Positions 21,201 to 31,177 of a DNA stretch of 64,000 nt are shown here, one piece after another. Source of the stretch: an uncultured Acidimicrobiales bacterium (lineage in GTDB: Bacteria > Actinomycetota > Acidimicrobiia > Acidimicrobiales > SZUA-35); the NCBI GenBank assembly GCA_963717115.1, contig CAVQVO010000011.1, positions 5,861 to 69,860 of the forward strand. The letters are read 5' to 3'. The stretch's first letter is position 1; each line of letters begins with the position of its first letter. The translations under genes were made by a program, and so were the position numbers. The notes beneath the pieces are model-generated. The model was not told where the DNA came from. It saw only the letters and a program-made list of their open reading frames with translations, and searched no databases.

Positions 21201-22589
21201 ATGACGACCAAGCGGCTTCCCGGGCCGGGTGGGCTGGCTCAGATCGGCCATCTCCGACGGCTCCTGGCCGAACCGGTGCCGGTGCTCGACGAGTTGAGCC
21301 GGATCCATGGGCCGATGATCGGGTTCGGTTCGGGACCCATGCGGATGGCGATCGTCGGGGACCCCGAGGCGGTCGGCGAACTCTTCGCCATGTCGTCCGA
21401 TCGGTTCCGGTGGGGTCACAAGTTCAACGTCCTGGGGTTCGTGGTCGGGAGGTCGTCGCTCATCGTGTCCGACGGGGTCGATCATCGGCGGCGGCGCAAG
21501 GCGGTGACCCCCGGCTTCGCTCGGCGTCGGCTCAACGGGTGGATCCCCATGATCGTGGCCGAGACCGACGCTGCGATCGACCGCCTCGCGCTGGAGCCTC
21601 GGGCGGGCCAGGCCCCGGTCGACCTGTATCCGGTGGGTCGGGATCTCGTCCTCCGGGTGGTGGTACGCGCGATGTTCGGCGAGTCGATGGCGGCTCGGAC
21701 CGGTGAGATCGGGGAACTGTTCCAACGCCCCCAGGCCTATCTCGAATCACCGGCGGTGAAGCAGTTGCCTCACCCCTTCCCGTTCACCAGACGGGCCAAG
21801 GTTCGCAGCGATCGACGCTCCCTCGACGCCATCATCGACGCCGAGATCGCGCAACGTCGAGCCCGGAGTCCAGGGGATGCCCCCGACGTGTTGTCGGCGT
21901 TGGTCGAGGCCGACGATTTGAACGACGCCGAGATACGCGATCAGGTGGCGACCCTGATCGGCGCGGGCTACGACACGACGTCGGCGTCATTGGCGTGGAT
22001 GCTGTGGTGCGCCACGACGACGCCGGGCCTGTGGGAACGACTTCGTTCCGAAGCCAGCACGGCCTTCGACCCGGAGACCCAGGCGGCGTCGGACCTGGAT
22101 CAGCGCCTCCTGGGTCGGCTGGATCTCGCCGGCCGAGTCATGCGCGAAACCCTGCGGCTCCACCCCGCCGGCGTGGTCGCACCCCGCGAAGCTGCAACCG
22201 ACATCGAGGTGGGCGGCTACCGCATCCCGAGCGGGACCCTGATCCTGTGGTCGGCCTACCTGACCGGCCGCGACCCGACCATGTGGCCCGATCCCGAGCG
22301 GTTCGATCCCGATCGGTTCGCCGACCTCGACGACGCTCGACGATCCGACACCGACCGGTCCTGGATTCCCTTCGGGGGCGGTGCCCGAAACTGCATCGGC
22401 TTCGCGCTCGCCCAGATGGAACTGACCATCATCCTGGCCCGAATGGCCCAGCGACTCGATCTCACGGCGACCACGGCCACCGTGCCCCGTCCCCACGGCT
22501 TGGTGGTCAACCGCCCCACCGGCGGCGCGCCCATGCACGTTCGTCTGGCACCACGAAACGAGGTGCTTCGTGACCCGGCCGACGCCTGA
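21201..22589 (+). CDS. Cytochrome P450
   Basis: AGYDTT, ETLR, PERFDPDRF and FGGGARNCIG heme motif. Confidence 0.95.
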   Translation: MTTKRLPGPGGLAQIGHLRRLLAEPVPVLDELSRIHGPMIGFGSGPMRMAIVGDPEAVGELFAMSSDRFRWGHKFNVLGFVVGRSSLIVSDGVDHRRRRKAVTPGFARRRLNGWIPMIVAETDAAIDRLALEPRAGQAPVDLYPVGRDLVLRVVVRAMFGESMAARTGEIGELFQRPQAYLESPAVKQLPHPFPFTRRAKVRSDRRSLDAIIDAEIAQRRARSPGDAPDVLSALVEADDLNDAEIRDQVATLIGAGYDTTSASLAWMLWCATTTPGLWERLRSEASTAFDPETQAASDLDQRLLGRLDLAGRVMRETLRLHPAGVVAPREAATDIEVGGYRIPSGTLILWSAYLTGRDPTMWPDPERFDPDRFADLDDARRSDTDRSWIPFGGGARNCIGFALAQMELTIILARMAQRLDLTATTATVPRPHGLVVNRPTGGAPMHVRLAPRNEVLRDPADA

Positions 22590-23259
22590 GCAGGTCGCTG
22601 CGGGGCACGCGTTCTACACCAAGCGCTCCCTCGCCGTGTACGACATCGCCATTCTCGGATACTTCTCGCGGGTCGCCTGGAGATGTCCGGCGCGCCGGTT
22701 GCTCGCTCACTACGACACCCACATCTCGGCGAATCACCTCGACGTCGGTGTCGGTACCGGCTACTTCCTCGACCGTTGCACCTTCCCGTCGACGCCACCG
22801 CGCGTCGCACTGATGGATCTCAACCCGACCTGTCTCGAGGTGGCCGCCCGCCGGGTTGCCCGGTACCGGCCCGCGACCTACCGAGCCGATGCCCTCGAAG
22901 CCGTGACGATCGATGCGGCGCTGTTCGACTCGATCGGTCTGACCTACCTCCTCCACTGCCTCCCCGGCTCCATTCGTGCGAAGGCGGTCGTGTTCGAGAA
23001 CCTCGGTGCGCTCGCCAACCCGGGAGCGACCGTGTTCGGGGCGACCCTGCTCCACGGCGGGGTGCGACGCAACTGGATGGCCAGACAGGTCATGGCCCGC
23101 AACAACCGGCACGGGATCTTCTCCAACGCCGAAGACGACCTGGAGGGATTGACGTGGGCGGTGACGCAACACCTGACGGACTCCGAGGTCACGGTCGTCG
23201 GTTGTGTGGGACTCTTCTCGGGGCGGGTACCGGGACCGACGAACGGAGAACGACGATGA
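22570..23259 (+). CDS. Class I SAM-dependent methyltransferase
   Basis: HLDVGVGTG motif I and YLLHCLPG; overlaps the P450 stop. Confidence 0.9.
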   Translation: MTRPTPEQVAAGHAFYTKRSLAVYDIAILGYFSRVAWRCPARRLLAHYDTHISANHLDVGVGTGYFLDRCTFPSTPPRVALMDLNPTCLEVAARRVARYRPATYRADALEAVTIDAALFDSIGLTYLLHCLPGSIRAKAVVFENLGALANPGATVFGATLLHGGVRRNWMARQVMARNNRHGIFSNAEDDLEGLTWAVTQHLTDSEVTVVGCVGLFSGRVPGPTNGERR

Positions 23260-24953
23260 CGGCGATCTGGGTCGTCGACAGCGAGCCGAGCGAGCGCTTC
23301 ACGCTGTACACCCGCGGCAACGTCGGGGAGGTGTTCCCCCGTGTGGTCACGGCCCTCACCGGATCGCTGATCGGCGATGCGATCCGCGAGGCGCAATCCG
23401 AGGTCCTGGTCGAGATGGGGGCGCTCCGCGCTCATGAGGTGACGGGTCCTTCGGCCACCACCGGGGTCTTCGGCGGCTACCTGTACATGAACGGATCGGC
23501 CATGAGGCTCTTCGGTGTTCGCATGCCGGGCATGTCGTGGCGCGAGGCCGATCAGCAGATCATCGGTGCCGTCGACGGCATGCCGCCCTACGAACCGAAG
23601 AAGGGTGACCGCAACCTCGCTGCGTCGCTGGCGATCGTGCTTCACTCCACGAAGCTGCTGCGACGGCCCGACCTCGAGTTCCTCGACGCTGCCCGCCGCG
23701 ACGCCGAGCGCTGGCTGTCGACGCTGCCCGATCTCGCCGCCTCATCCGACGACGAGCTCCTTCGGTGGCTCGACGACTTCCCGGCTCGCCAGGCGGCCAG
23801 CATGAAGCGACTCCTGCAGGCGGCCATGTTCGCGGGCGCTCCTCGCGGGATCCTCGACCAGTTGCTCGCCGCCCGCCGGGCACCGCCGGGCCTGGCCAAC
23901 CGGATCGTGAGCGGCACCGGTCACGTCGATTCGGCGCGACTCGCCCAGCGCCTGTGGGTCCTCGGCCGCATCGTTGCGGCCGATGCACGGCTGCAGGCCG
24001 CCTTCGACGTCGGGCTCGATCGGATCGCCGAACGGACGACCGACACCGATCTGGCGCCTGCGGTCGATGCCTTTCTCGCCGACCACGGGCATCGGGGGAA
24101 CGACGAGTACGAGCTGGCGACACCGGCGTGGGTCATGGATCCGGCACCGGTCTATGCCGCCGTCGACCGGCTCCGCCATGCCCCCGAAGCGCGGGACCCC
24201 GAGGCCACGACCCGGCGCCTGGCCGCCGACGCCGAGTGTGCGCTGACCGAAGCGGTGGCGCTCGTGCGGCGTCCGATGCGCCGGCTCGTCCGTCGCAGCG
24301 CATTGGTTGCCCGTCAGGGGGCGATCGCCCGGGAGCGGGCCAAGGACATCCTGGTGCTGGAGAACCTCGGGGCCCGGCTCGTGCTGCACGAACTGGTTCG
24401 CCGAGCGGCCGAACGGGGCGGCCTGAGCGCTCCTCGACTCGGCTTCGGTGTCACCATCGACGAGCTGCCCGGCTACCTCGAGCGGCCGGCCGCCTTCCGT
24501 GAGCTGATCGCCGAACGGGCCGATCGGGAGGCCTACCTCAACCGACGGGTGCCGCCTCCGTGGTTCGATGGCCGGATTCCCGACCCGTCGACGTGGCCGC
24601 TCCGCGACGAGCGCGCAGCCGAGCGCCCCTCGACCGGCACGGTCATCTCGGGGATCGCCGTGAGCGGTGGATCGGCAACGGGCCCCGCCCGAGTCATCGA
24701 TGATCCGGCCGACCCCCGAGGGCTCGAACCGGGTGACGTCCTGGTCTGCTCGATCACCGACCCGTCCTGGACCCCGCTGTTCCTGGGTGCGATCGCCGTG
24801 GTGTGCGACAGCGGGGCGGTGCAGAGTCACGCGGCGATCGTGGCTCGGGAACTCGGGATCCCTGCGGTGATGAGCGCCGTCGGCGTCACGGCCGTCGCCG
24901 ACGGCACGATGCTCCACGTCGACGGCGACGCCGGCACGGTCCGGATCGTCTGA
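23256..24953 (+). CDS. PEP-utilising enzyme mobile-domain protein (rifampicin phosphotransferase / phenylphosphate synthase-like, no ATP-grasp domain)
   Basis: YTRGNVGEVFP, HGHRG, TDPSWTPLF and SHAAIVARELGIPAV phospho-His motif; ATGA overlap. Confidence 0.88.
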   Translation: MTAIWVVDSEPSERFTLYTRGNVGEVFPRVVTALTGSLIGDAIREAQSEVLVEMGALRAHEVTGPSATTGVFGGYLYMNGSAMRLFGVRMPGMSWREADQQIIGAVDGMPPYEPKKGDRNLAASLAIVLHSTKLLRRPDLEFLDAARRDAERWLSTLPDLAASSDDELLRWLDDFPARQAASMKRLLQAAMFAGAPRGILDQLLAARRAPPGLANRIVSGTGHVDSARLAQRLWVLGRIVAADARLQAAFDVGLDRIAERTTDTDLAPAVDAFLADHGHRGNDEYELATPAWVMDPAPVYAAVDRLRHAPEARDPEATTRRLAADAECALTEAVALVRRPMRRLVRRSALVARQGAIARERAKDILVLENLGARLVLHELVRRAAERGGLSAPRLGFGVTIDELPGYLERPAAFRELIAERADREAYLNRRVPPPWFDGRIPDPSTWPLRDERAAERPSTGTVISGIAVSGGSATGPARVIDDPADPRGLEPGDVLVCSITDPSWTPLFLGAIAVVCDSGAVQSHAAIVARELGIPAVMSAVGVTAVADGTMLHVDGDAGTVRIV

Positions 24954-25150
24954 CCGCCGCCGATCTCCGGTGATGCTCGACCTCCGTCGCCCGACGTGCT
25001 CGCCTCAGCGGTGCGTGTCACACCCCATCACTACGATCATCGGTACGGAGTTGGTCACCGGTTCGCCGGTACCGGATCCGCTCGAAGTCCCGACTTCCCA
25101 GCCTGTCGTGGTGGTCCGGCCCGTTGTCGGGGCCGGGGGAAGGGGGAACC

Positions 25151-26473
25151 GTGTCGATCCTGATCGATCACCTCCGGGGCGCTCAACGCCAGCTGGCATC
25201 CGTCCGCACCGATCTGCGAGCGCTCGATGCCGGCCACCTGGACGCATCCGGTCTTCGGCACGTCATGGCCGAAGCCCGGTCCACCGAGCGGTTGCTGGCA
25301 GCGGTGGTGGTCGAGATCGGTCGGCGGGCACGCGAACTGGCCGAGGTCGGCCAGGTGGGAGACCCGGTCGAGCCCTTGCTCGACCAGGGGCAGGTATCGG
25401 CCGGGCAGGCTCGCACCGAGGCCCGCCGCGCCGACGTGGCCTTCGTGCTGCCCCTGCTCGGTGATGCACTGGCGGACGGCGTGGTCGGGCCCGAACATCT
25501 CGACGCCGTCGGTCGCGCCAGCCGCCACCTCGATCCCGAACAGCAGACCGCCCTGCAGCAGCAGGAGGTCGAGCTGCTCGAAGCCGCTCGCCGGATGCCG
25601 GTCGACACCTTCAACCGCCATCTACGGCGCCAGGTCGACCGGATCCGAAACGACCACGGTCTGCAGCGGGCCCTCGACCAGCGAGCCTGCTCGACGCTGC
25701 GAACCTGGACGGGGGCCGATGGCATGGGCCACTTCCGAGGCGACCTCGACCCCGAACGGTTCGCGGTCCTCGCCGGCGCCATCGACCGTCAGATGGCAGC
25801 GCTGGCTGCCTCGTCGGACGGCACGGTCGTGAAGGATCACCACCTCGCCGCCACCGCGCTGGTCGACCTCGTCGGTCACGGCAACGGACGGCAGGGTCGA
25901 GCCCACATCACCCTGCTGGTCGATGCCCAAACCGCACGACGAGGTGCGCACGGTCACACGCTGAGCCAGACCGCCGACGGAGCGGAGCTTCCACCGCAGA
26001 CCATCGACCGGTTCGCCTGTGACGCGGTCATTCGCAAGGTCGTTCTCGACGATCGGGGGGTCCCGATCGACGTCGGACGGCGGTACCGCACGGCCACCGA
26101 CGCCCAGTGGCATGCGCTCCGATCAGTTCATTCCACCTGCGCGTGGAGCGGGTGTGATCGTCCCATCAGTTGGTGCCAGGCCCACCACGTCCTCGAATGG
26201 GAGCGCCACGGGCTGACCGATCTCGACAACCTCGTCCCGCTCTGCTCGAGCCACCATCACCAGGTCCACGAAGGGGGCTGGAGCCTTCAGCTCCTCGCCG
26301 ATCGCACGCTGCGGATTCGACGACCCGACGGCCGACACCACGTCGACGTCGTACCCAATCGGGGCGGAGCCCCGAGCGCACACGGCGGGGTCGAACGGCC
26401 CGCAGCGAGAGCAGGACCCGGCCCGCTCGGTTCCGGGATCCCGGAAGCAGGAGGCCGGGATCCCACCGATTGA
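25151..26473 (+). CDS. DUF222 + HNH endonuclease (REP13E12-like)
   Basis: CAWSGC...WCQAHHV...GLTDLDNLVPLCSSHHHQVH. Confidence 0.9.
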   Translation: MSILIDHLRGAQRQLASVRTDLRALDAGHLDASGLRHVMAEARSTERLLAAVVVEIGRRARELAEVGQVGDPVEPLLDQGQVSAGQARTEARRADVAFVLPLLGDALADGVVGPEHLDAVGRASRHLDPEQQTALQQQEVELLEAARRMPVDTFNRHLRRQVDRIRNDHGLQRALDQRACSTLRTWTGADGMGHFRGDLDPERFAVLAGAIDRQMAALAASSDGTVVKDHHLAATALVDLVGHGNGRQGRAHITLLVDAQTARRGAHGHTLSQTADGAELPPQTIDRFACDAVIRKVVLDDRGVPIDVGRRYRTATDAQWHALRSVHSTCAWSGCDRPISWCQAHHVLEWERHGLTDLDNLVPLCSSHHHQVHEGGWSLQLLADRTLRIRRPDGRHHVDVVPNRGGAPSAHGGVERPAARAGPGPLGSGIPEAGGRDPTD

Positions 26474-26619
26474 GCCGGCACTCGGTCCGGCGCAGCGTGG
26501 CAAGGCTGGGTGTGGACAGGCCGGATCGAAGAGGCGACGTCGGCGCGGTCGGAGGCGAGAGGGAACGACGCCGGCCGGAGCACGCCGAAGCCCCATCGCT
26601 CGCGGCCTCGCGGAACAGA

Positions 26620-27510
26620 TCAACCGAACTCGGGATCGAGACCTCGCGGCTTGATCCGGCGGATCAACGCTTCCTGGGTCATCGAGGCGACCAGGCTGCC
26701 GTCGATGCCGTGGATCGAGCCCCGCACCAGCCCTCGCGAGTTCTGGTTGCTGACGGCATGGAAGTCGAAGTACATCCATTCGTCGACCCGCGCCGGACGA
26801 TGGAACCACACGGCATGGTCCAGGCTGGCCGACATCGTCTCGGTGAACGCCGACTGCCAACGTTCTCCCAGCGTCGGAACGGCGGCTGCGGTGACGGCTC
26901 CCATGTCGGTGGCATAGGTGAGCGCGCAGGTGTGAAGGAGTTGATCGTCGGGGAGTGGCGATTTGGCCTTGACCCACACCCGACGGGTCGAGGTGTAGAC
27001 GCCGTCGGCTCCCGGTGTGACGGGCCCGAGTTCTCGGGAGTGGAACGGTGAACGGTCCAACCACTCGGCGTGCAACGCGTCTCGGGGAACCCGATCGGCG
27101 GCGTCGTCGGGGTGACCGGCTTCGGGCGGGAGGGTGAGCTGGTAGTCGGTCTCGTCCTCTTCGAACCTGTGGAAACTGGCGGTCAAGTTGAAGATGGCCT
27201 CGCCGAACTGGACGGCAACGACCCGTCGGGTCGTGAACGATCGGCCGTTGCGGATCCGTTCGACGTGAAACACGATCGGGCGCCCGGGCACGCCGCCTCG
27301 GAGGAAATAGCCGTGCATGGAATGCGGTCGGTGGCCGTCGTCGACGGTCAGGGTGGCCGCCCGCAAGGCTTGAGCCGCCACCAGTCCGCCGAAGACCCGC
27401 TGGTTGTGGCGCTCCGCCGGATTGCGACCCCGGTACAGATCGACGTCGAGTTCTTCCAGCGTGAGCTGGTCGATCAGGGTGTCGACCGGGGATGTCTGCG
27501 TCATGCCCAT
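26620..27510 (-). CDS. tesB: Acyl-CoA thioesterase II
   Basis: RVFGGLVAAQAL, HSMHGYFLRGG, SLDHAVWFH and SMTQEAL motifs. Confidence 0.92.
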   Translation of the reverse strand: MGMTQTSPVDTLIDQLTLEELDVDLYRGRNPAERHNQRVFGGLVAAQALRAATLTVDDGHRPHSMHGYFLRGGVPGRPIVFHVERIRNGRSFTTRRVVAVQFGEAIFNLTASFHRFEEDETDYQLTLPPEAGHPDDAADRVPRDALHAEWLDRSPFHSRELGPVTPGADGVYTSTRRVWVKAKSPLPDDQLLHTCALTYATDMGAVTAAAVPTLGERWQSAFTETMSASLDHAVWFHRPARVDEWMYFDFHAVSNQNSRGLVRGSIHGIDGSLVASMTQEALIRRIKPRGLDPEFG

Positions 27511-27720
27511 GTGTACCCGGCCCGGCCGAGTGGCCGCAACCGGCCCGTGCGTGACCCGGGTCGGCCCGGTTGCGTTGGGGTCGACGAGCGCGGGGAGGGA
27601 CGTGCCGGCTGGGGAGCGCGCCGCGGCACCCAACCCACGATGAATGGATTGCCAGGGGCGGGGACCTCACAACTAGCATCGCCACCGACGCCGTTCGGCA
27701 TCTCTCCGGGGGAGGACGCG

Positions 27721-29052
27721 ATGACTGACACGCAGATCGACCGTGCAACCTGGTTGGCGCGCAAGCCGGTCCGCAGCCCCGAGATGGAACAGGCCATCTT
27801 CGGTGGCGACGTCGGTGAGGCTGCCGACCTGGCGCTCGACGAGATCAACCCGATGAACCCGCATCTGTTCCGCGAGCATCGCTGGCACGACCACTTCGCT
27901 CGGTTGCGCCACGAGGACCCGGTGCACTTCAACGAACTCGGGTCCTCGGGCCGGTACTGGTCGGTGACCCGCTACGACGACGTGCGGGCCGTCGAGAGCG
28001 ACTGGAAGACCTACTCCTCGGCCCACGGCATCACGATCGGACCGCCGGTCGGATCACCGTTGCCCGAGGGGATCGGGAATGGGTCGGCGTCCTTCATCGC
28101 GATGGACCCGCCGGATCAGACCGACCAGCGCAAGACCGTTCGGGGTATCTCGGCGCCCAGCAGTCTTCGTAACCTCGACGATCTCATTCGGGAGCGCACC
28201 GTCGGCGTGCTCGACGGACTGCCCGAAGGCGAGACCTTCGACTGGGTCGAGAACGTGTCGATCGAGCTGACCACGCTGTTGTTGGCGACGCTGTTCGACT
28301 TCCCGCTCGAGGATCGGCACAAACTCACCCGTTGGTCGGATGTCGTGACCTCGATTCCCCAGCCCGGCGGGGTCGTCGAGTCGGGAGCCCAGCAGCGAGC
28401 CGAAGTTCGCGAGTGTCTCGAGTACTTCGAGCAGCTCTGGATCGAACGCGAGGCGAATCCCGGCTTCGATCTCGTCTCGATGCTCGTGCATGGTGATGCC
28501 ACCCGGGGCATGCCGGCCGCGGCACATCTGGGCAATCTGTTCCTGCTGATCGTCGGTGGGAACGACACCACCCGCAATTCGATGTCGGGCAGTGTGTACG
28601 GCCTGAACCGGTATCCCGATCAGTACACCGACCTGATCGCCGACCCGTCACTCGTCACCAAGCTCGTTCCCGAGATCATCCGCTGGCAGACGCCGTTGGC
28701 GTACATGCGACGGACGGCGACCCGCGACGCCGAGCTCGGCGGCAAGCAGATCCGCAAGGACGACCAGGTGCTGATGTGGTACCTCTCGGCGAATCGAGAC
28801 GAAAGGGTCTTCGGCGACGACGCCGATGCCATCGACCTCCATCGACCGAACCCCGATCGGCATCTGTCGTTCGGTTACGGCATCCACTTCTGCATGGGCA
28901 GCCGTCTCGCCGAACTCCAATTGCGCATCCTGTGGGAGGAGATCCTGCAACGCTTCGATCGCATCGAGGTCGTCGCTGAACCCGAACGCACGCTTTCGGC
29001 CTTCATCAATGGGTACACGAGCCTGTCCGTCCAGGTCACCCGCAGGCGCTGA
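27721..29052 (+). CDS. Cytochrome P450, CYP153-like
   Basis: FIAMDPP, LLIVGGNDTTRNS, EIIRWQTPLAYMRRTA and HLSFGYGIHFCMG. Confidence 0.93.
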   Translation: MTDTQIDRATWLARKPVRSPEMEQAIFGGDVGEAADLALDEINPMNPHLFREHRWHDHFARLRHEDPVHFNELGSSGRYWSVTRYDDVRAVESDWKTYSSAHGITIGPPVGSPLPEGIGNGSASFIAMDPPDQTDQRKTVRGISAPSSLRNLDDLIRERTVGVLDGLPEGETFDWVENVSIELTTLLLATLFDFPLEDRHKLTRWSDVVTSIPQPGGVVESGAQQRAEVRECLEYFEQLWIEREANPGFDLVSMLVHGDATRGMPAAAHLGNLFLLIVGGNDTTRNSMSGSVYGLNRYPDQYTDLIADPSLVTKLVPEIIRWQTPLAYMRRTATRDAELGGKQIRKDDQVLMWYLSANRDERVFGDDADAIDLHRPNPDRHLSFGYGIHFCMGSRLAELQLRILWEEILQRFDRIEVVAEPERTLSAFINGYTSLSVQVTRRR

Positions 29053-29090
29053 TTCCGGCCGATCGATTCTGCCCGATCGGCGTCGGTGCG

Positions 29091-29297
29091 TCAGCCCCGG
29101 TCGGTATCGCCGGGGTCGAAGATCTCCTCGATCGGGAGCGCGAAGAGTCGGGCGATCCGGAACGCGAGTGGCAGGCTGGGGTCGTAGCGGCCGTTCTCGA
29201 GCGCGTTCACGGTCTGGCGACTCACGTCGAGTGCGTCGGCCAGGGCGGCCTGGCTCATGTCTCGGCTTGCACGGAGGAGCTTCAGTTGGTTCTTCAC
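29091..29297 (-). CDS. Small XRE-family HTH regulator
   Basis: MSQAALADALDVSRQTVNALENGRYDPSLPLAF; GTGA overlap with the upstream gene. Confidence 0.9.
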   Translation of the reverse strand: MKNQLKLLRASRDMSQAALADALDVSRQTVNALENGRYDPSLPLAFRIARLFALPIEEIFDPGDTDRG

Positions 29298-29722
29298 GAC
29301 TGGCGTGTGGCGAGAATGCCCGATGTCACCGCCCATCCCATCATCCCGGCGCTGAAGATCAGCCACGGTGCGAGCCGCCCGAACAAGCCGGTGTCGCCGG
29401 GGATCGAGAAGAGGCCGGTGGCCAACGCCGTCGTCATGGCGGCACCGAAACCCACCGACATCGCGCGGTGGTGCACCGAACGGGTCAACTCGTCGGATCG
29501 TCCGATCATCCGCACGATGGCTCGGATCGCCCAGAGGCTCGGTAGGAGCGGCAGCATTGCGAGGAGGCGGTTGCCGGCCGTTGGCTCGTCTCCGACGGCG
29601 CCGACGACGAAGGCGATGGCGGCGACGTAGCCGATCATCCCCGGGAGGAATTCACGGAAGTAGGTCCGGTTGCGTCGGCGGTCGCCTTCGCTCATGCGGG
29701 GTTCGTCGTTCGAGGTCATCAT
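29294..29722 (-). CDS. Four-TM membrane protein co-transcribed with the XRE regulator
   Basis: Hydrophobic C-terminal part of ORF 29294..30463; ATG lies 7 nt after a -10 element. Confidence 0.8.
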   Translation of the reverse strand: MMTSNDEPRMSEGDRRRNRTYFREFLPGMIGYVAAIAFVVGAVGDEPTAGNRLLAMLPLLPSLWAIRAIVRMIGRSDELTRSVHHRAMSVGFGAAMTTALATGLFSIPGDTGLFGRLAPWLIFSAGMMGWAVTSGILATRQS

Positions 29723-29729
29723 GGGACGG

Positions 29730-29770
29730 AATGTAAAAGAAGCTTTCCATTGTGTCAAGGTCCGTTGACA
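29730..29770 (-). promoter_or_regulatory. Leaderless promoter TTGACA-N17-TACATT with two tandem palindromic operators
   Basis: TGTCAA-N6-TTGACA (29753-29770) and TGTAAA-N6-TTTCCA (29732-29749) overlap the -35 and -10. Confidence 0.8.
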
Positions 29771-29899
29771 GCTCGAAATCGACCAAGGCCTGACGGGGCA
29801 TCGCTCGGGATGGCAGGGTTCGGAAGGTCGACCAACGGGGAACGATCCACCAACCCGACCCGAGAGCATCGAACCCCGCTCGAAACCAAGGGAGCAGCC

Positions 29900-30313
29900 A
29901 TGACGACGATCGACGACCCCACTGGCTTCATTCGAGCCTCGATGCCGCTCTGCGAGACTCTCGGCATCTCGGCCACCGCGCTCGACCCCGAGCGAGTCGA
30001 GCTGACGATGGAATGGGCCGAATCGCTCTGCACCATCGATCATCTCCTGCACGGGGGTGCCCTCATGGCGCTGGCCGACTCCGCGGGCGCAGTCGCCGCC
30101 TTCCTCAACCTGCCCGACGGTGCGACCGGCACGTCGACCATCGAATCGAAGACCAACTTCATCGGTGGCGTCCGGGATGGCTCGGTCGTCGCGACGGCGG
30201 CACCGCTCCACGTGGGATCGACCACGATCGTCGTCGAGACCGAGATCCGTCAAGGCGATCGCCTCATCGCCAAGACCACCCAGACCCAAGCGGTCCGTCG
30301 GCCACGCACCTGA
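29900..30313 (+). CDS. PaaI family hotdog-fold thioesterase
   Basis: LHGGALMALADSAG and TIESKTNF. Confidence 0.9.
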   Translation: MTTIDDPTGFIRASMPLCETLGISATALDPERVELTMEWAESLCTIDHLLHGGALMALADSAGAVAAFLNLPDGATGTSTIESKTNFIGGVRDGSVVATAAPLHVGSTTIVVETEIRQGDRLIAKTTQTQAVRRPRT

Positions 30314-30401
30314 ACCGCGATCGCCCGCGTCACGCGTCGGCACGCAGGCCGACCACGACCGACTCGGCGAGCCCGCCACCAGCGGACGAGACCTCGGGCC
30401 G

Positions 30402-30415
30402 GGGACCTTGGTCTC
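30402..30415. promoter_or_regulatory. DosR-like box upstream of the lipoprotein gene
   Basis: GGGACCTTGGTCTC; 30401-30417 matches 7621-7637 at 16 of 17 nt. Confidence 0.45.
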
Positions 30416-30450
30416 TGCCCCCGACGATCGCCGGGGAGGATGGTCGAGAC

Positions 30451-31131
30451 ATGGCCCTTTCACGTTTCGCCCGGTGTTCGCCGGGCCGCCGACCTCTGGT
30501 CCTCGCGGTGTTCATGGTCCCGCTCCTGTTCGGCTGTGGTAGCGACGACGGGTCGAGCACGGCAGCGTCGGCGACGACCACGACCGAGTCGACCACGACG
30601 ACGACCGCCACGTCGACTGCCACGACCGAGGCGACGGCAACAACGACTGCCACGTCGACTGCCACGACCGAGGCGACGGCAACGACAGCGGCAACGGCCG
30701 ACACCGTCGTCGTCGAGGTCTTCTTCGGTCACGGCGACGGGACCGACTGCAGTGAGGTGATCGGCTTCGAGCGCGAGGTCGACGCCGCCATCGACCCGGC
30801 GACCGCCGCCTTCGCTGAGCTCGTCGCCGGACCGACCGCCGCCGAGGAGGCGGCCGGCGCCCATTCGTTCTTCTCGTCGGCCACGGCCGATGTCCTTCGG
30901 TCGGTTTCCCTGACCGAGGGTGTCCTCACGGTCGACTTCGACGACATCCGGACCGAGATCTCCAACGCCAGCACGAGCTGCGGGAGTGCGGCGTTCACCT
31001 CGAGCCTCAATGCCACTGCCTTCCAGTTCCCGGCCGTCGAAACTGCTCGCTACCTGTTCGCCGGGTCCTGTGAGGACTTCGGCGGCTTCCTCCAGACCGA
31101 CATCTGCGAGTTCCCACGCAACGGATCGTGA
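30451..31131 (+). CDS. Lipoprotein with Thr/Ala-rich linker and GerMN-like domain
   Basis: LLFGC lipobox; ELVAGPTAAEEAAG and LNATAFQFPAV. Confidence 0.8.
   Translation: MALSRFARCSPGRRPLVLAVFMVPLLFGCGSDDGSSTAASATTTTESTTTTTATSTATTEATATTTATSTATTEATATTAATADTVVVEVFFGHGDGTDCSEVIGFEREVDAAIDPATAAFAELVAGPTAAEEAAGAHSFFSSATADVLRSVSLTEGVLTVDFDDIRTEISNASTSCGSAAFTSSLNATAFQFPAVETARYLFAGSCEDFGGFLQTDICEFPRNGS
30601..30686 (+). repeat. In-frame 42-bp tandem duplication (TTATSTATTEATAT x2)
   Basis: ACGACYGCCACGTCGACTGCCACGACCGAGGCGACGGCAAC occurs twice in tandem. Confidence 0.85.
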
Positions 31132-31177
31132 GCACGGGACCGGGTTCGGAGGGTGACCCCCGTCTGGACTCGACGCC

